Shown here in pieces: positions 58,447-64,000 of a stretch of DNA of 64,000 nucleotides. The notes beneath the pieces are model-generated. The model did no database searches, had not been told where the DNA came from, and saw only the letters and a program-made list of their open reading frames with translations. The position numbers and the translations under genes were made by a program. Source of the stretch: Piromyces finnis finn (Eukaryota > Fungi > Neocallimastigomycota); contig MCFH01000036.1 of the NCBI GenBank assembly GCA_002104945.1, forward strand, positions 496,001-560,000, in the 5' to 3' direction. Position 1 is the first letter of the stretch. The number at the start of each line of letters is the position of its first letter.

Positions 58447-59562
58447 TTATGAGTTAATAAGAATGAAGAATGCTCTTTGATATTTTTCTACACCATCTCT
58501 TGCACCCATCATAAGAGTGTCATGAGTACTATGATATCCTTCATCATAATAATATATAATTTCGGTACTAGGTGATACACGATTAATTTGATTCATAAGA
58601 TCTGTAGCTGAATTCTTTGGAATAAGCTGATCTTCATCAGAGTAATAGAATATCATTTTTGGCATACCAAAGTCAATATTTGCATTATTCCTTATAAGAT
58701 CTTGTAGAATGGTTGTTGGACTGACATATGGTGAATTAAAGAGATTATCAAATATTTTCTTTATAAGACCACTTTCTAAGTCACGTCCAATTAACATTTT
58801 TGTAACTTGATTCAAATTATTTAAATCGTATGGACCACTAATTAATACTAATTTTTCAAGTCTTGGTAAGATACCAATGACTTCACCCTTATTATACATT
58901 TTAAGAGCAGTTTTAACAATGGTCAAAGCAGTAATATGAGCACCAGCAGAATAAGCAACTAAATGAATTCTATCTCTATCACCACCATATATATAACCAT
59001 AGTACCATACCCATCTAATAATTCTATGAATATCATCTACCATATCTTCTATATTACCTTCTGGGAATAAAGTATAATTTGGTAGAAATGCAACATAATT
59101 ATTTCTAGCAAGAGCAGCACCAACTTCAATGAAATTATATTTATCACCTTTAACCCAAGCACCACCGTGAATAAAGATAACAACAGGTTTTAAAGTTTCG
59201 GTATCAAGTTTATTATAATAAACATCAACTAAATTTTTACTTCCTGGACCATATCTTACATTTGAACTATTATTAGTGAAAAAAAAAAAATAAATAAAAC
59301 AGATATATTAATTTTTCTTATTTTTTGTATTTCTTTTATTATTATCTTTTTATTATAATAATTATATAATAAAATAAAACTGATGCTAATTTTTTTTATA
59401 TAAAAATATAATTTAATAAAATACGTACGCAGTAGTCATTTTGTTATTTAATGTTCCTGAATTTTTAGCCCATGATATTAAATCTTCAATTGGACCAGCT
59501 TGAGTTCCATTTAATAAAAGAACTGAGAAAATTATCAAAGATAATAAGGATAAGAATTTCAT
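58447..59562 (-). CDS. Secreted alpha/beta-hydrolase (HSL-family esterase/lipase-like); exons 59562-59429 + 59266-58447
   Basis: Signal peptide MKFLSLLSLIIFSVLLLNGTQA; phase-2 intron GTACGT..TAG; PVVIFIHGGAW oxyanion motif; nucleophile elbow AYSAG; candidate Asp (DEDQLIP) and His (STHD). Confidence 0.85.
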
Positions 59563-60516
59563 ATTTGCTTTATTTTATTTATTTAAATTTTATTTTACTT
59601 TATTATTTTTTTTTGTTTTATTTTATTTTTATTTTTATTTCTTATTTTTTTTTATTTTTTAAAGTTTTTTATTTTATTTATTTATTATTTTTGTGATATT
59701 CCCCTTTCACCGAATATACACACACACACTTTTTTTGCAAAAGAATAAATACTATTTTTATTAATGTTATTAAAATAAATAATAAAAAAAATAAAATTAG
59801 TAAAAAAAAAAAAAGAGACAAAAAGGTTCCTTTTATATTTTATTATTTTTTTATTACTTGTATTACTTTAATTAAAACAATAGAATTTTTTTTTTTGCAT
59901 TGTTATTGGTATTGTTTTTTCATATAAAAATGGGTATAATGCTTTTATTATTTGTATTGTTAAATGAGATATTACGTTACACGATCCATTTATTATTTGT
60001 ACAACTCATGTTTTAATTTCTATGTTAATAAATACTTTTGAATTTAATTTATTAATAACTTGAGCTGAAACTTTATTTCTATTAAAAATGTATTTGAGTA
60101 ACCTTAATTTAATTAAGAAATGTTTTAGAAACATAATGGCTAGAAAGATGTCATTTTTTCTATGACAATAAAATAATCACTAAAATAATAAAAAAAAGTT
60201 TCAAATTTAATTATTAATAAAAGGTTAAACTATACATATTTGTGTTATAAAAGATTATTATTAATTATTATTATTTATATTTCTTGATGGTTTTTTTTTT
60301 TTCAAAACACTTATTTTGACAATCTATTACCATTATAAAAAATACTTTAAAAAAAAAAAAAAACATAAAAGTATATACGGATATACTATTGATAACAATT
60401 TAATAAATTATTATGAAAAAGGAAAGATAATTTTTAATTGCATTAAAAAGGAAAGATTAATTAAAAGATAAAGTTAACTCTATAGAAATTACAAATATTA
60501 TTAATAATTTATAATT

Positions 60517-60594
60517 AAAAAAGAACATTTTCTATAATTAATAGAAAAAAGAACATTTTCTATAATTAATAGAAAAAAAAACATTTTCTATAAT
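60517..60594. repeat. Tandem repeat, ~28-bp unit x3
   Basis: AAAAAAGAACATTTTCTATAATTAATAG repeated, third copy degenerate. Confidence 0.8.
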
Positions 60595-60780
60595 AAAATA
60601 AATATTAAAAAAGATAACATAGATCATCTAGAATTTAATAATTATATAGCCAACGCATAATAAATATATAATAAGCCACAAAGAATTAATTAAAACTATA
60701 AATCTATTATTAGAAAATATTATTATTTATATTATTTTTTTTTTCTAATAATAACTTTGAAAAATAAAATAGAATGGCAA

Positions 60781-60942
60781 ATTAAATGGTTTAATATAAC
60801 AATAGAAAAAGATAAAATAATGGGAATTATTAGAATTAAATGGTTTAATATAACAATAGAAAAAGATAAAATAATGGGAATTATTAGAATTAAATGGTTT
60901 AATATAACAATAGAAAAAGATAAAATAATGGGAATTATTAGA
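60781..60942. repeat. Perfect tandem repeat, 54-bp unit x3
   Basis: ATTAAATGGTTTAATATAACAATAGAAAAAGATAAAATAATGGGAATTATTAGA at 60781, 60835 and 60889. Confidence 0.95.
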
Positions 60943-61414
60943 ATTAATTTCTTTTATTGTAGTAAGTAATGTCTTTAGTTTCATTCTTTAGAATGAAACT
61001 AATATTAATATAATTATGATTTCTACAAAAAAATAATTTGTAATTTATTGTATACAATTTCAACTTTCCTCAAAGATAAAATAAATTAAAGAAAAAACCA
61101 AAAAAAAAAATTTAATATATTTTCTTTATATTTAATAATAATTAATATAAATTTAATTTATTTAATAAAAATAATGTTTTCTAATTCATTTTTTTTATAC
61201 TTTAAATAGAAATGAATCTAGTCATTTTTAATTCGTTCAAATGGGATACATATTTCCATTTTACTCCTAAAATTTAAAAAAAAAAAAAATCGAAATACAT
61301 TAATTTATGATATATTTATGTAAAAACGTGATTTAAATAACAGTTTATTCTACAAAAAAAAAAGATATTTATAGTTGTTTTTTGACAAAAAAAAATTATT
61401 ATTACTATAATTAC

Positions 61415-61762
<348 letters not shown>

Positions 61763-63235
61763 ACCTTGAAGTAGATTTAATGATATATAAGAAAAATTAC
61801 TTATTACCAGTGTAATTGAAATATTAAAATTTTTTATTAATTGTTAAATTCAAATAATATTGAAATATTATAAAAATTATATTTTTCTATATAAAAATTA
61901 TATTTAATGTTTTATATAGAAAAATGAAATATGATAACAAAAAGTTTAATCTATGAAAACTTATATATATATGTATATCATTCTACACTCAAAATCAAAA
62001 GGCTATTTATTTGAATTTCTATAAAATAAATAAATATATATATATATTTTTTATAATAATCACTTTGCTTAACCACGCTATATTAAATTTATCCCAGAAA
62101 ACAAAAAACCATAATCTCTGGGAAAAAAAAAACAGTTATTTTTATGTATAGTTTACTTTAAAATTTTTTAATATAAAATTTAATTTATATTTGATTTCTA
62201 CTTTTTTGTAAAGCGACTTTTTTTTTTATGGATGCAACATCATTTAAATATTGGCTTCTATAGTTATTTTAAGTAAATTTAAAAGAAAGTGTTTTAAAAA
62301 ATTTTAACAAAAATAAAAGTTCATTACATCGTATCATTAATAATAAGAAGCAATAATAAATAAAAAAGAAATAAGTAATAATACTAGACAAATAAATAAT
62401 AATAATATTAGATTTATAGAATAAAAATAATTGTAATTTAGGGTATTATCTATTATATTATACTTTTTTACTATATAGTTAATAATAATTTATTTAACTA
62501 TAATAAAGATAAATAACAATAAATAATAATACCAAATTAAAAGTTGTTTGTATTGTTATGTTATTTCATTATAATATAATATTTATATAATATTTTTATA
62601 ATTATTTTAGTTGTATTGATCCATATAAAACTACAGATTATATAAACTGATTGTACCATTTTTGATATATTATGGAATTAGTAAACATAAATTTATTATT
62701 ATGAATTTTAAGTAACTTAAAATAAGTTAGAGCTTAATTATTTTATCAAAATTTTATAATAAAATTAAACTTTAACACTGCTAATATTTTGATTATTGAA
62801 AGAGATCAAAATATATAACTTTTGTTAAATTAATGGCTAACTTTAATATTCAATAACTTCTTTATTAAATTACACTTTAAAAGTAAAAAAAAATAAATGC
62901 TTCTATTAAATAAAACTATTTTGATGTTTAATGTAACAATCCATATTATTTCTTATAAATCATTTTATAAAAATATAGCTTATACAATTATATAGTAAGA
63001 TATAATAATATAATAATATTTTTTTTTTGAACTAACATTCGAAATTAAGGTTTTATCAAATTATATCAATTTTTCTTCGAACTGGAGAATCAAAATAAAG
63101 TAAGGTAAATATATAATTTTTATAAAATATTATAAAAGAATAGTAATATATTTCATTAAATTAAATAATTAACCCTAGAATAAATATTTAATATATTATC
63201 TAAATATTCTTAATATTTCTTTAGTAATAACACTC

Positions 63236-63385
63236 ATGGTTATTGCTTTATACCTTTTGAACATTGATCATTATTTGCCAATAACATAAGTGACCGTCAA
63301 AAATGAAGAGATTCTACGTATTTTGTTTAATATTTAATATAACACTTTTAAAAGTTCTTTTCATTCCCTAGAATTATCATTATCG
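63236..63385 (-). mobile_element. Decayed relic of the 3' end of the same LINE ORF
   Basis: 63241-63286 matches 54932-54977 at 38/46 nt; further blocks (GACCGTCAA, AAAGTTCTTTTCATTCCCT.GAATT) follow in the same order as in the intact copy. Confidence 0.75.
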
Positions 63386-63669
63386 TTATTTAGAGTTATC
63401 AAAAATAAATATATTTTAATATATTAATAAATTATTTCTTAATATTTTTTAATACAATTTAACATTATCAATATAATATTACAATTTAGAAATATTTTTA
63501 CATAAATTATATAAAAGGATTATTATTATTTTTTATATCATTATAGTTATTCTATTAATCAAGAAGGATGATTAGTATTATGGTATTATTTTTTATGAAA
63601 TAAATATTAAATCCATCCTATATTGTTAATGCAATTTTAATTTTTAAAATGAATTATATAATATTTTAT

Positions 63670-64000
63670 TGCTTATACACATTAAATACACATTAAATAC
63701 ACTTTATAATTTATCTAAATTTTAATCTTTTTTCTTTTTTATTATAATTATTAACTTTATTTTTTATAATTATTTACATGAAATTGAAATTAGTTTAATA
63801 ACAAATATATATAGGAATTAATTAATTTACATATAATATTATAATATCATTTAATTTTATAATAGTAGGAGGTGAATGAAGTATTAAAGTAAAATATGTT
63901 TTATTAAATAAAATATAAGATATGTAATATATTTAATACTTTAGGATATGTTATATTTAGAATAGTAATATATAATAATAATGATAATAAGGATAAGATG
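63670..64000 (-). repeat. HSP20 type-I 3' flank; implies another minus-strand HSP20 just beyond the window
   Basis: Matches the downstream flanks of copies d (~28840-29190) and c (~26325-26620), e.g. TAGTAGGAGGTGAATGAAGTATTAAAGTAAAATATG. Confidence 0.85.

Noticed and set aside
63169-63180. TTAACCCTAGAA resembling a piggyBac left end; scattered AACCCTA as telomere seeds
   Set aside because: Single 12-nt match with no partner TIR or transposase; no tandem telomeric arrays.

Overview
Extremely AT-rich eukaryotic DNA with short GT-AG introns, long homopolymers and near-GC-free intergenic space. This, with an intronless GTP-type PEPCK, suggests an anaerobic gut fungus (Neocallimastigomycota; inference). 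The window holds a dispersed small heat-shock protein (HSP20) array: six near-identical 214-aa copies and one divergent 187-aa copy in tandem, inverted and head-to-head arrangements, with phased HSE-like arrays upstream and the 3' flank of a probable further copy at the window end. It also holds a young APE-type non-LTR retrotransposon family: one full-length copy with a 13-bp TSD and a +1 frameshift, whose empty paralogous site is also in the window, one 5'-truncated copy and one decayed relic. Other features are two tRNAs (Pro-CGG, Ala-CGC), a PAN/Apple-like membrane protein, an LRR receptor-like gene with two frameshifts, GTP-PEPCK and a secreted alpha/beta-hydrolase. The most striking item is a 23-exon gene (44986-53076) that the ORF track shows only as fragments. 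I spliced it by hand into one ~1,876-aa frame fusing an XRN 5'-3' exoribonuclease-like region with degenerate catalytic acids, a long TPR array and a C-terminal HPD J-domain. All splice models and alignments were done by eye; no database search was run.
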